A DNA stretch of 64,000 nt from Terriglobia bacterium. Its GTDB lineage: Bacteria > Acidobacteriota > Terriglobia > Acidiferrales > UBA7541. Shown here one piece after another: positions 1-9,352 of the stretch (position 1 is the stretch's first letter; each line of letters begins with the position of its first letter). The translations under genes and the position numbers were made by a program. The notes below the pieces were generated by a model. That model was given only the letters and a program-made list of their open reading frames with translations, had not been told where the DNA came from and searched no databases. The DNA lies in contig OY968796.1 in assembly GCA_963695545.1 (NCBI GenBank), positions 2,112,001-2,176,000 on the forward strand. The letters are read 5' to 3'.

Positions 1-2
1 TT

Positions 3-2081
3 GAATGGCGCGAGGGACGGCTCTATCAGCGATCGATGATGGACCCGCACGAGGAATGGGAGATCGTACAGACGCTCGATTCGATCACGCCGGGCAACGC
101 GCACTACAACGAAAAATCGCGCTTGGCGAAAACGCTGCGGACCGATGGCGTCACCTGGGGCAATGTTCCGTCGGACGCGGCGCTGCTGGCGCACGCGAAC
201 AGCCGCATGGCTTGCTACACCTGCCACACTTCGTGGACGCCGAATTGTTTCGGTTGCCATTTGCAGATGACGGCCAATCAGCGGCGGCCGATGCTGCACA
301 ACGAGGGTTTGGTGACGCGCAACTGGACTTCTTACAATTTTCAAGTGCTGCGCGACGACGGTTACATGCTCGGCGTGGACGGCACGGTGACTGGGCATCG
401 GATCGCGCCGGCGCGGTCGTCGTGCGCGGTGCTGGTCAGCTCGCAGAACGCGAATCGCGAATGGCTTTACTACACGCAGCAAACAGTTTCGGCGCCGGGC
501 TTTAGTGGCGAGGCGTTTTCGACGTTTGTGCCGCACACGGTGCGCGCGCGAGAGACCAAGACATGCACGGATTGCCATGTTTCTGCCGCGGGCGACAACA
601 ACGCGTGGATGGCAATGCTGCTGCTTCAGGGCACGAACTTCGTGAATTACATGGGGCGCTATGTTTACGTGGCGGACGGGGCGAAAGGTTTTTCGGCCGT
701 GGTTACGGCTGAGCACGATGAGCCGGAGGCCGTGTTCGGCAGCGATCTGCAGCGCATGGCGTATCCGGAAGATTATCGGCAGCACGTGGCGCGCGGCGGG
801 AAGCTGACCACGGCGTTTGGTCACGCTGGGAACGTGCTCGATCTGCAATTGCGCGGCGAATATCTTTATGCGGCGCTGGGCGCGGGCGGATTCCGCGTCT
901 ACGATGTCGCGAACATCGACAACAAGGGATTCTCCGAGCGCACGGTGACCGCCCCGGTTTCTCCGCTGGGCCAGCGACTGTACGTGAAAACGAAATACGC
1001 AACCGCGGTGGCCACGCCGACTACGCTGGCCGTCGATCCACTGCGCGCGCAGCATCCGGAAAACGAAGAGCAGAAAATTCATTTGATGTACGGATTTCTT
1101 TACGTGACCGATCGAGAAGAAGGCTTGATCGTTGTCGGCAACCCGGATTTGGAGTCGAAAAGCCCTGGCGTCGGCACGCTGCTCAATGGAAATCCTGAGG
1201 ACAATTTCATCGGCCGCGCCGTGACGTTCAACCCCGATGGCATTCTGCACGGCGCGCGGCGTATCACGATCGCTGGCACGTACGCTTACATTTTGTGCGA
1301 TCGCGGGTTGGTGGTTGTGGATCTGGATAATCCGCTCGAGCCGCGCGTCACGGCGGAAATCGGTGCGCCGGCGCTCGTCGATCCGCAGGGCGTGGCGGTG
1401 CAATTCCGGTATGCGTTCGTCGTTGATCGCGAGGGATTGAAAGTTCTCGACGTGACCGACCTTGCGCATCCGCGCGTTGTGCCTGGCGCAGATGTGGCGC
1501 TGGAGGACGCGCGCAACGTCACGGTTTCGCGCACGTACGCTTATGTGCCGGCGGGCCGACACGGAATCGCGATCGTGGACGTGACGCGGCCGGAGCATCC
1601 GCGCTTGAATCAAACTTTTACCGCCGATGGCGCGATCAACGATGCGCGCGACGTGAAGATCGGCGCCGTGGCTGGGGGCGTTTTTGCGTACGTGGCCGAC
1701 GGCGCGAACGGTCTGCGAATTCTGCAGGTGCTTTCGCCGGAAGATTCGCCCGACTCGTATGGATTTTCGCCGCCGCTGCGGCCCAAGCTGATCGCGACGT
1801 ATCGAACGCCGGGCGCGGCGCTGGCAGTGTCTCGCGGGATCGATCGCGATCGGGCGGTGGATGAAAGCGGCAATCAGCTCGCCGTCTTCGGGCGACGCGG
1901 CGCGCGACCTCTCAATCGCGAAGAAGCCGAGGGACTTTATTTGCGCGGCAGTCAGCTTTACACGGTTACGGATTCGCCGCCGAGCCAGCCTCTCGCGCTG
2001 GGTTCAACAGCCGCATCGAGCGGATCGGCCGCGGCCGGGCTTGAGAATTGGGTCGATCGATTGCGCGCGCATTTGCGTTAG
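3..2081 (+). CDS. Multiheme c-type cytochrome with LVIVD repeats (5'-truncated by the window edge)
   Basis: Frame is open from base 3 ([14 protein letters not shown]...). Three CxxCH motifs (CYTCH, CFGCH, CTDCH), followed by repeated YxYVADG..GLxVxDV (LVIVD-type) blades. Confidence 0.85.
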   Translation, partial: EWREGRLYQRSMMDPHEEWEIVQTLDSITPGNAHYNEKSRLAKTLRTDGVTWGNVPSDAALLAHANSRMACYTCHTSWTPNCFGCHLQMTANQRRPMLHNEGLVTRNWTSYNFQVLRDDGYMLGVDGTVTGHRIAPARSSCAVLVSSQNANREWLYYTQQTVSAPGFSGEAFSTFVPHTVRARETKTCTDCHVSAAGDNNAWMAMLLLQGTNFVNYMGRYVYVADGAKGFSAVVTAEHDEPEAVFGSDLQRMAYPEDYRQHVARGGKLTTAFGHAGNVLDLQLRGEYLYAALGAGGFRVYDVANIDNKGFSERTVTAPVSPLGQRLYVKTKYATAVATPTTLAVDPLRAQHPENEEQKIHLMYGFLYVTDREEGLIVVGNPDLESKSPGVGTLLNGNPEDNFIGRAVTFNPDGILHGARRITIAGTYAYILCDRGLVVVDLDNPLEPRVTAEIGAPALVDPQGVAVQFRYAFVVDREGLKVLDVTDLAHPRVVPGADVALEDARNVTVSRTYAYVPAGRHGIAIVDVTRPEHPRLNQTFTADGAINDARDVKIGAVAGGVFAYVADGANGLRILQVLSPEDSPDSYGFSPPLRPKLIATYRTPGAALAVSRGIDRDRAVDESGNQLAVFGRRGARPLNREEAEGLYLRGSQLYTVTDSPPSQPLALGSTAASSGSAAAGLENWVDRLRAHLR

Positions 2082-2094
2082 TTCAGGGAGCGGC

Positions 2095-2868
2095 ATGGGA
2101 ATTGTCCGCAAAATCCAGGGCGCGTTCGGCGGCGGCGCGATTCCGCAGACCATTTGCTGGGGAACGCTCTCACAGGCGGAGCTTCTGATTCCGTGGCAGA
2201 ACAAAAATACGCGGCGGTGGGCGCACAGATGGGTACGGCGCCATTTCTCGGAGTTGCCGCTGGGCGCGTTGGATATTGTGGACGCGGGATCGGGCACATC
2301 GAATCGTCTGCTTGATTGGTATCGGCCGCGCGTGCGGCACGCTTATTTGCTGGATTTTCTGGTCGAGCCACACGAAGAGGGCAATTCGAGTTTCGTTCGC
2401 GCCGATCTCGAAAAGGGCATGCCGGTTCCCGACGCTTGCGCGGATGTGGTTACGAGCGTTAGCAGCGTCGAGCATCTTTCCGAGGCCGGGCAGATGCTGT
2501 TTCTTAGCGAAGCGGCGCGGGTGTTGCGTCCGGGCGGACGCGTGATTGCGACTTTCAGTTACGTCTTCGCGTTGGATGCGCAGTCATTGAAAATACTTTC
2601 GAGCAATCCCGTGCTGGCGGGGAATGGATTCGCGATTTCGGCGCGGCCAAACTTGCGCAGAATGCTCGAACGGGCGCCGGAACTTGCGCCTCCAGTCGCG
2701 CCCGTGTGGAAGAATTTTCCCGGCTTCGAGGGATTCGCGGAGAGCGCGATTCTTGCCGATCGCGACATTCTCTTGGACCCGATATTTTCCGGTGATCCCG
2801 GCGCGAAGGAAGTGAATGCGCTGGGGAAACGCTACGGAGAAATCGGCATTTATCTGGTGAAGAAATAG
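2095..2868 (+). CDS. Class I SAM-dependent methyltransferase
   Basis: ATG at 2095 after GGGAG; motif I IVDAGSG, DVVTSVSSVEH, RVLRPGG. Confidence 0.8.
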   Translation: MGIVRKIQGAFGGGAIPQTICWGTLSQAELLIPWQNKNTRRWAHRWVRRHFSELPLGALDIVDAGSGTSNRLLDWYRPRVRHAYLLDFLVEPHEEGNSSFVRADLEKGMPVPDACADVVTSVSSVEHLSEAGQMLFLSEAARVLRPGGRVIATFSYVFALDAQSLKILSSNPVLAGNGFAISARPNLRRMLERAPELAPPVAPVWKNFPGFEGFAESAILADRDILLDPIFSGDPGAKEVNALGKRYGEIGIYLVKK

Positions 2869-2923
2869 GTTCCGGCGGGTCGGCCGCCAAAAATCAGCTC
2901 GATTACAAGCCGGCGCTTGCATT

Positions 2924-4309
2924 TCAGCCGCCCCCGCCGGACGCTTTCCCCGGCGCGCGAATCAGGCTCGACAATAATTCGTCAATCGATGCGTGCCCCG
3001 GCGCATATTTGCGCAGCGTGGGATCGTGATAGGTGTGGCACTCAAAGCAGCGCGCTTCGGCGGCGCGCGGTCCTTCGTGGTGGCATTGGCGGCACGTCGT
3101 GATTCCGGGGAGCAGAATGTCCGAGCTCTGCTGGCTCGTGCGCGCCGCGGTGTGACAACTCTCGCAGGTGACGAGCTGGTGCTGCGCGTGATCGAACTTC
3201 GCGAGCGGGAAAAAACGAAGCGTGACATTCGATGGCGCTACGCTGGGCAACGTGGCGTTGAGCGTCGCTAGATCTGGCAGCGTCATGACCGGCGGCACGG
3301 CGCTTGCTTGCTCTTGGCCCGGAGCGAAATTTAGCGTGTGACATTCTTTGCAGGTTTTGCGCCACAGAAGATCCTCGGCTTCCGCGGTGTGCTCGGCGAC
3401 CCATTCGGGCGGCGTCAGCAGGCGATAAACGGCGGGAACTGGGCGGCGCGGCAGATCGCGATTTGGTTGGCGCAATTCGCGCAGCTCGGCCGGGTGCGCG
3501 GCGATGTAGGTTTGGAATTTTGCGATGATGAACGCCTGAATTCGCTGCGGCGTATCGTGCCGGACTTGATCTGTGAAGCGTTTGTCGAATTGCAACGTGT
3601 GGCACGACGCGCAAGTTGCAGCATAAGTTGCCGGCTGCATTGTCGCGCCCATCGAGCGTGGCTCGATCGCAGTCCCTGCGCTCGCGGCGTTAGCGAGCCG
3701 GTGGCAATCGCCGCAGACGAGCTGCACGTGGCCGCGTGGGCCGGTGAGATTCGCCTGCATGTGCAGTGCGTGATCGAACTTGATCGTTGTCGGATCGGGC
3801 TCCTCAGATCGCAGCACCGCAAACTCGGGGTGATCGCCCGAAAAACTTTCGATGTGCGCGGCGTAATGCGCCGGCCCGGCGCGCGTTTCGAGATTGGCGT
3901 GGCACTGCGTGCAGCTTGCGTCGCTCACCGCGGCGAGGCGAATCGCACCGCGGTGATCAGCGTGGCAGCTCGCGCAGGAGGGCGTGAAAGTCTGAGACGC
4001 CTGATGGATCGGGCCATCGTGGCAATCCAGGCAAGCGTGATCGGAAACGTTTCGCACGAAGAATAAGCCGCCGGCGGTGACGTGGCACGCGCTGCAGCGA
4101 TTTGAAAACACGGCGTGCGCGGCCGAGAGTTTTCCCGCGGAATACACCGCGTTGTCTCGTCGCGCGGCGTGCCAACCGAGCCAGGCAAGCGCGAGGACGA
4201 GCGCCGCAAGCGAGAGGCGGAATCTCCACTGGCGCAGCGGGCGCGGCTCGCGGAAATAATTGAGATCGATCCGCTGCGCGAGCTTTTTTGTTGTGCGCGA
4301 GCGCGGCAA
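2924..4309 (-). CDS. Membrane-anchored decaheme cytochrome c (cytochrome c3-like)
   Basis: Ten CxxCH motifs (CSACH, CLDCH, CASCH, CTQCH, CGDCH, CASCH, CKECH, CESCH, CRQCH, CFECH); FDH..H distal-ligand motifs; one N-terminal hydrophobic helix. Confidence 0.9.
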   Translation of the reverse strand: MPRSRTTKKLAQRIDLNYFREPRPLRQWRFRLSLAALVLALAWLGWHAARRDNAVYSAGKLSAAHAVFSNRCSACHVTAGGLFFVRNVSDHACLDCHDGPIHQASQTFTPSCASCHADHRGAIRLAAVSDASCTQCHANLETRAGPAHYAAHIESFSGDHPEFAVLRSEEPDPTTIKFDHALHMQANLTGPRGHVQLVCGDCHRLANAASAGTAIEPRSMGATMQPATYAATCASCHTLQFDKRFTDQVRHDTPQRIQAFIIAKFQTYIAAHPAELRELRQPNRDLPRRPVPAVYRLLTPPEWVAEHTAEAEDLLWRKTCKECHTLNFAPGQEQASAVPPVMTLPDLATLNATLPSVAPSNVTLRFFPLAKFDHAQHQLVTCESCHTAARTSQQSSDILLPGITTCRQCHHEGPRAAEARCFECHTYHDPTLRKYAPGHASIDELLSSLIRAPGKASGGGG

Positions 4310-4318
4310 AGATTGCTC

Positions 4319-5182
4319 CTAATATCGCAGCGCCACGAAGGCGTGGGCTGCGCCAAGCAAAATCAGCGCAATCGAAAGCGGCACGTGAATCAGAAGCCAG
4401 CCGTGCAGCCAGCGGTGCAGGTGCGCCTGGCGCGTCAGTTGGCGCGCTTCCTCGCAAATATTTTCGAGATCGTCGACCGCCGCGTGCAGGGGCGGCGGCA
4501 CGAGAAGCCGCACGTTGGAAAATGCGCGTTCGGCTTGCGAGCGATCGGCCAAGGGATTCGGTCCGGGCGCGCGCTCGAGATACGGCCGGATTTCGCGGTC
4601 GTAGAACGCGACGAGGGGCGCGGCAGGTGCTGCGGTCGTCGCGGCTGCGCCTTCTTCGTCGGGATTTTCGGCCACGGTGATCGCGCTGGCGCGCGCGATT
4701 TGTTCGGCGGCTTCGGCGCGAAGTTGCGCACGGACGTGCTCGATTTCTTCGTAGATAGTCTCAAGCGGGACATCGCGCGTCATCGTGGCGGGCATGAAAT
4801 GTTGTAAGACCGCGCCGAAGATTCCGCTGGCGATCACGATTACAAGCAGCCAGAGCAGCATGATGGTGAGCGGACCGCCCGCGTGGAACCCGGCGTGAAG
4901 CAAAATCAGCGGGAGACTCAGCAAGCCGAGCCACAGATGGCCCCGCATCCAGGTTTGCGCGCGGCCCAGACGCCACACGGGAACTTTTTTCCGCGCGCCG
5001 AGCAGGCCGGCGAAAATCATGAACGCGAAGCCGACGACTCCAAACGCCAATCCGAGCGGCGTGCCGCCCATCGGTTCCGCCGCGGAGGCCGCGGGCCGGC
5101 CGAGCGCATACAAGACGCACGCGGCGCCGAGAATTACGCACGACGCGATGAGCCACCCTGTGTGCGTGCGGTCAATTCGCAT
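4319..5182 (-). CDS. Polytopic membrane protein with membrane-embedded His residues (putative heme-b / ferric-reductase-like)
   Basis: About 6 hydrophobic segments; WMRGHLWLG, LHAGFH, WLLIHVPLS, AAHAF; lies between the Fe-S and decaheme genes. Confidence 0.7.
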   Translation of the reverse strand: MRIDRTHTGWLIASCVILGAACVLYALGRPAASAAEPMGGTPLGLAFGVVGFAFMIFAGLLGARKKVPVWRLGRAQTWMRGHLWLGLLSLPLILLHAGFHAGGPLTIMLLWLLVIVIASGIFGAVLQHFMPATMTRDVPLETIYEEIEHVRAQLRAEAAEQIARASAITVAENPDEEGAAATTAAPAAPLVAFYDREIRPYLERAPGPNPLADRSQAERAFSNVRLLVPPPLHAAVDDLENICEEARQLTRQAHLHRWLHGWLLIHVPLSIALILLGAAHAFVALRY

Positions 5183-5200
5183 GCTGAGGCGCCGCCATTT

Positions 5201-7375
5201 TCATTTCGCGATTTTTCCGTCGCGGCTCACCGGCGCGCCGACAAGCGAACCAAAAAATTGCCGCGGCTCGACGCGATGTGCGGCGTCGTGTGGGCAGGCA
5301 TAGACACAACTCGGCTCGGCATGGTCGGTGCAGAGATCGCAGGAAGTGGCTTTTTTGCGGACCACGGCGCGCTTGCGGCCGGGATGATCGGGATCGTCGG
5401 CCTGCACGGTGAACGGATGCAAATTAATATTGCCGTACGGGCAATTCTGGGCGCAGAGGCCACAGCCGATGCACCAATCCTCGATGATCACTTCGAGCGA
5501 ATTGCGGCGGCGAATCGATCCCACCGGACAGCCCACCATGCAGAGAGGATCGCGGCACTGCCGGCAGGAAGTAGCCACCAAATATTTATCGAAGCGCAAT
5601 CCTTCGCGGATCAGGCGCGTGACGCCGTCGTGCGCATCGGCGCAGGCGTTCACGCAGGCGTCGCAGCGCGTGCAGCGCTCGAGATCGAGAACGAGCAAGC
5701 TCTGCGCTTCCATCAGACCTTGCGCGAGAAAACTTTCGAGCGGCACGCTGCCCAGCACCGCCATGCGTTCCTGATTGGCCTGCTGACGCTCCTGCGCGAC
5801 GGCTTCGAGTCCCTGGCGCACGGAAGGGAATCGTTCGACCATGGCGCGGAATTCGTCGCCTGGGATGCGCACCACCTCAGCGTGATCGAGAGCCGTGCAC
5901 GTGGCCGTGCGCGCGCTTCCGCCGAGCAGGCCGATTTCGCCGAAATAATCGCCGCGCGAAAGATAGGCCAGCACGAGTTCGCCGCCGGCGTGCCGCTCGG
6001 AAACTTTCACGAATCCCAGGCGCACCAGATAGAAACTGTCGGCTGGTTCGCCTTGGCGGCAAATCACCTGGCCGGGGGCGAAACTCGAAAGCTCGACGCG
6101 CTCGCGCAGGCGATCGAGGAATTCCTTGTCGAGCGCGCGGAATAATGGAACGTTGCGCAAATGATCTTCAAGCGCGCGCTGGCGATAGGTGCGATCGAGC
6201 TGCGCACGCAGAGTTTTGTTCTTGCGCATGGTGTCCAGAACGTTGCGCAGCATTTCGAGCACCGTGCAATCGGTTTCGGCGCGCACGGTGGCCGAACGCG
6301 GATAGAAATTCATGCAGGTCATTTCGCCGAAAAGATCGCTGGGGCCGAGCTCGGCGACGGGGTGGTCGTAATCGAGATCGACGGGCGCGTCGATGGGAAT
6401 CGAGCGGCGCGTGACGTCTTCCGCGCGGTGATCGCCGGCCCGGCCAACCAGGAAACTGCCGAGGCGGCTGAAAAATCCGCGCTCACCGCCCGAAGTTTTC
6501 ACGTGCGCCATCGGGCTTGAGATCGAGACGCTGACTTTGCCTTCGAGGATGTAAAAAGCCGTCGAACCGAAATCGCCTTCGCGGCAGACGATTTCACCTT
6601 TGCGGAAACGGCGCTTGATCACCGCGTTTTTGTTCAGCTCGAGGAACGTGCCGGAAACGTTGTGAAACACTGGCAGAGCGAGCAACTCTTCGGTCGTTGC
6701 GCTTTCCGCACCATGCTCTGCGCCGAGCGCTGTGCCAACCACGAACTTGTTTGTCAGCGCGCCTGTTGGGCACGAGACCATGCATTCGCCGCACGAAACG
6801 CACGTGGATTCGCCCATCGGCGCGCCCGCGTCGAAGGCGATGTCGGTTGCGCCGCCCTTGCCCATGCGCGCCAGCACGAAATTGCCGCGGATATCGCCGC
6901 AGCCGCGGATGCAGCGATCGCAGAGAATGCAGGCATCGTGCGCCACGGCGATCGCAGGAGAAGAATCGTCTTGCGGCCGCGCCGCGCGGCGCGGGAATCG
7001 CGACGCGCCGATTCCGGCCGCGCGCGCCAAGGTTTCGAGTTCGCAATCGCCCGACTGCTGCTGCCGCGGGCAGGGCGAAGGATGGTCGGCCAACAGCAAT
7101 TCGAGCAGCGTGCCGCGCGCCGCGGTAACGCGCTCGGAGGACGTCGTGACGACCATGCCCGGCTCCGCCGGCCGCACGCACGACGCCGCGAAAACACGTG
7201 CGCCGACGTCGACGACGCACACGCGGCACACGCCGACCGGCGTTTCATTCTGCTGATGGCACAGCGTGGGAATCGCGATGCCGTTCATGCGCGCCGCGTC
7301 GAAGACGGTCGTACCGGGCGCGACGGCGATCTTGCGCCCGTCGATTGTGAGCTCGATCAGGGAAGCGGCGTTCAT
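5201..7375 (-). CDS. Fe-S protein: NuoG-like N-terminal domain + two cyclic-nucleotide-binding domains + DmsB/NrfC-like 4x[4Fe-4S] domain
   Basis: IPTLC..CRVC..ASC (2Fe-2S), CILCDRCIRGC and CVSCGECMVSCP; cNMP motifs FGEM..PRSAT and FGEI..ARTAT; C-terminal CTRCDACVNAC, CRQCRDPLCMVGCP, CIGCGLCAQNCP, CDLC..SCVYACP. ATG 7375 overlaps the upstream stop (ATGA). Confidence 0.9.
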   Translation of the reverse strand: MNAASLIELTIDGRKIAVAPGTTVFDAARMNGIAIPTLCHQQNETPVGVCRVCVVDVGARVFAASCVRPAEPGMVVTTSSERVTAARGTLLELLLADHPSPCPRQQQSGDCELETLARAAGIGASRFPRRAARPQDDSSPAIAVAHDACILCDRCIRGCGDIRGNFVLARMGKGGATDIAFDAGAPMGESTCVSCGECMVSCPTGALTNKFVVGTALGAEHGAESATTEELLALPVFHNVSGTFLELNKNAVIKRRFRKGEIVCREGDFGSTAFYILEGKVSVSISSPMAHVKTSGGERGFFSRLGSFLVGRAGDHRAEDVTRRSIPIDAPVDLDYDHPVAELGPSDLFGEMTCMNFYPRSATVRAETDCTVLEMLRNVLDTMRKNKTLRAQLDRTYRQRALEDHLRNVPLFRALDKEFLDRLRERVELSSFAPGQVICRQGEPADSFYLVRLGFVKVSERHAGGELVLAYLSRGDYFGEIGLLGGSARTATCTALDHAEVVRIPGDEFRAMVERFPSVRQGLEAVAQERQQANQERMAVLGSVPLESFLAQGLMEAQSLLVLDLERCTRCDACVNACADAHDGVTRLIREGLRFDKYLVATSCRQCRDPLCMVGCPVGSIRRRNSLEVIIEDWCIGCGLCAQNCPYGNINLHPFTVQADDPDHPGRKRAVVRKKATSCDLCTDHAEPSCVYACPHDAAHRVEPRQFFGSLVGAPVSRDGKIAK

Positions 7376-9084
7376 GCGATTTTTGCTCGCGGCGCGCTGC
7401 CCTTCGCGTCGGGAAAGCACACGCCCGCCGGGCACTCGCGGCGCGTCAAGTGAACTTCGACTTCTTCGCGGAAATGTTTGAGTACGGATTCAATCGGCGC
7501 GGGCACGATTTGCCCGAGCCCGCAAATTGATGTAAGCCGCATGGCTTCGGAAAGTTGGCGCACGAGTTCGAGATCAGCGGCCCAATCGGTTCGCGCGCCC
7601 TCGGTCCAGCGCGTCAGCAGGTCGGTCATTTTCTGCGAGCCCACGCGGCACGGAACGCATTTCCCGCACGACTCATTGCGGAAAAAACGCACGGAGTTCA
7701 GCGCCATGTCCAGCATGCAGGTGCGATCGTCGCAGACCACGATCGCGCCGGAGCCGAGCATCGAGCCGGCCGCGGCCAAGGATTTGAAATCGAGCGGCAC
7801 ATCGGCCATCGACGCGGGCAAATATCCCGACGACGGCCCCGACGGCGCAAATGCTTTGAGCGGCCGGCCGCCGAGCACGCCGCCGGCGTAACGGAAAATT
7901 AATTCAGAAATCGGCGTGCCCATGGGCACTTCAAAAACGCCGGGCCGTTCGACGCGTCCGCTGACGCCGACGAATTTCAAACCGGCCGCACCATTCGGGC
8001 CGCCCAAGCCGGCCGATTTGTACCAATCGACGCCGCGCGCCAAAATTTGCGGCACGTTGGCGAATGTTTCGACGTTGTTGATCACGGTCGGCTTGTTCCA
8101 GAGGCCCTGGGCCACCGGAAACGGCGGCTTATTGCGCGGCTCGGCGCGCTTGCCTTCGATGGCTTCGAGCAGCGCGCTTTCTTCGCCGCAAATGTATCCG
8201 CCGGGGCTGACGAAAATTTCGAGATCGAAATCGAGATCCGTGCCGAGCACGCCGCGGCCGATAAGTTTCTCGCGGCGGCAGCGCGCGAGTTCCTCTGCGA
8301 GAATGTGCTCTTGCTCGTCGTATTCGTGGCGAATATAGAGGATGCCTTTTCGCGCGCCGGTGATGAGTCCGGCGAGAACCATGCCCTCGATCACGAGGTA
8401 CGGCAGATTGGTGAGCAGAAAGCGATCTTTAATCGTGCCGGGTTCGCTTTCGTCCGCGTTGCACACGACATATTTCTCCGCGCCGACCGCGCGGCGCACG
8501 AGCGACCATTTCATTTCCGTGGGAAAACCCGCGCCGCCCATGCCGCGCAGGTTGCTGGCCTTCAGCGTGGCAAGCGCGCCATCCCAATCGCGCGTGCGCG
8601 CGAGAGTGCGCAGACACGCGTATTTTTCGGCGCCCGGGTAAGGATCGGAGGCGCAATCCGAACGTCGCGCCGCGCGCGGCGTTTCGGGCAGCTCCGCGCC
8701 CGCGAGCGCACAACGCACAAGCGCGTCGGCCTCAGGTTCGGTGACGCCGCTATAAATGCGATCGTTGATCGAAAGGGCGGGCGCGGCGTCACAGCGGCCG
8801 AGGCACGACGCGTCGCGGATGGAGACTTCCCGCGGCGATGCGCCCGCGAACCGCCGCTCGAGCGAAGATTTCAGTTCGCATGCCCCGCGCAAATGGCAGG
8901 ACATATCGCCGCACACTTTCACTTCGGCGCGCGCCGGCGGCGCGAGATGAAAATGGGGATAGAAGCTGGCGACGCCGTGCAGCCGGCTGATGGGAACGTC
9001 GATGCGCGCGGCCAGCGCCGCAAGTTCCTCGGCTGAAATGTAGCCGTGCTCTCGCTCGATCGCCTTCAGCTCTTCAAAGATCAA
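7372..9084 (-). CDS. NuoE-NuoF fusion, NAD(H)-dependent FMN/Fe-S diaphorase subunit
   Basis: NuoE-type CGDMSC..CLGRC; NuoF motifs RGMGGAGFPT, NADESEPG, YICGEESAL, CGKCVPC..CGLG. Probable TTG start at 9084 with GGGAG upstream. Confidence 0.9.
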   Translation of the reverse strand: MIFEELKAIEREHGYISAEELAALAARIDVPISRLHGVASFYPHFHLAPPARAEVKVCGDMSCHLRGACELKSSLERRFAGASPREVSIRDASCLGRCDAAPALSINDRIYSGVTEPEADALVRCALAGAELPETPRAARRSDCASDPYPGAEKYACLRTLARTRDWDGALATLKASNLRGMGGAGFPTEMKWSLVRRAVGAEKYVVCNADESEPGTIKDRFLLTNLPYLVIEGMVLAGLITGARKGILYIRHEYDEQEHILAEELARCRREKLIGRGVLGTDLDFDLEIFVSPGGYICGEESALLEAIEGKRAEPRNKPPFPVAQGLWNKPTVINNVETFANVPQILARGVDWYKSAGLGGPNGAAGLKFVGVSGRVERPGVFEVPMGTPISELIFRYAGGVLGGRPLKAFAPSGPSSGYLPASMADVPLDFKSLAAAGSMLGSGAIVVCDDRTCMLDMALNSVRFFRNESCGKCVPCRVGSQKMTDLLTRWTEGARTDWAADLELVRQLSEAMRLTSICGLGQIVPAPIESVLKHFREEVEVHLTRRECPAGVCFPDAKGSAPRAKIA

Positions 9085-9352
9085 AGCCGCGCTCCCGGCG
9101 CTCCGAAAACTGTCGGGGCTGCCGTACCGCGCCGACGAGGACCAGAGCAAAACGGTATAACAAACCGCGGGCCGCGGGTCTACGGGCGTCGCCGGTATTT
9201 GTTGCGAGGCCGCGAAAGAGGTAACCGCCCCGTTGATCTCCGCGAAGGCCGCGTTGACTTCGCGCGGCACGCAAAGTATAAGCAAACGACAACGCGTCGT
9301 GCAGTCCGCGGAAATTTTCGGCCGCGCGCGCCGCATTCTGGCTGAGAATTGA

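Noticed and set aside
4883..6145. Long antisense ORFs (also 8047-9036, 15820-17430, 17568-18785, 21492-23051, 38269-40047, 49021-50688, 58120-59742)
   Set aside because: These are shadows of well-supported genes on the opposite strand, expected in high-GC DNA, and have no motifs.
7372..9084. Complex I (nuo) or formate dehydrogenase operon
   Set aside because: No other nuo subunits and no molybdopterin or hydrogenase catalytic domain are in the window, so nuo/fds symbols were not assigned.
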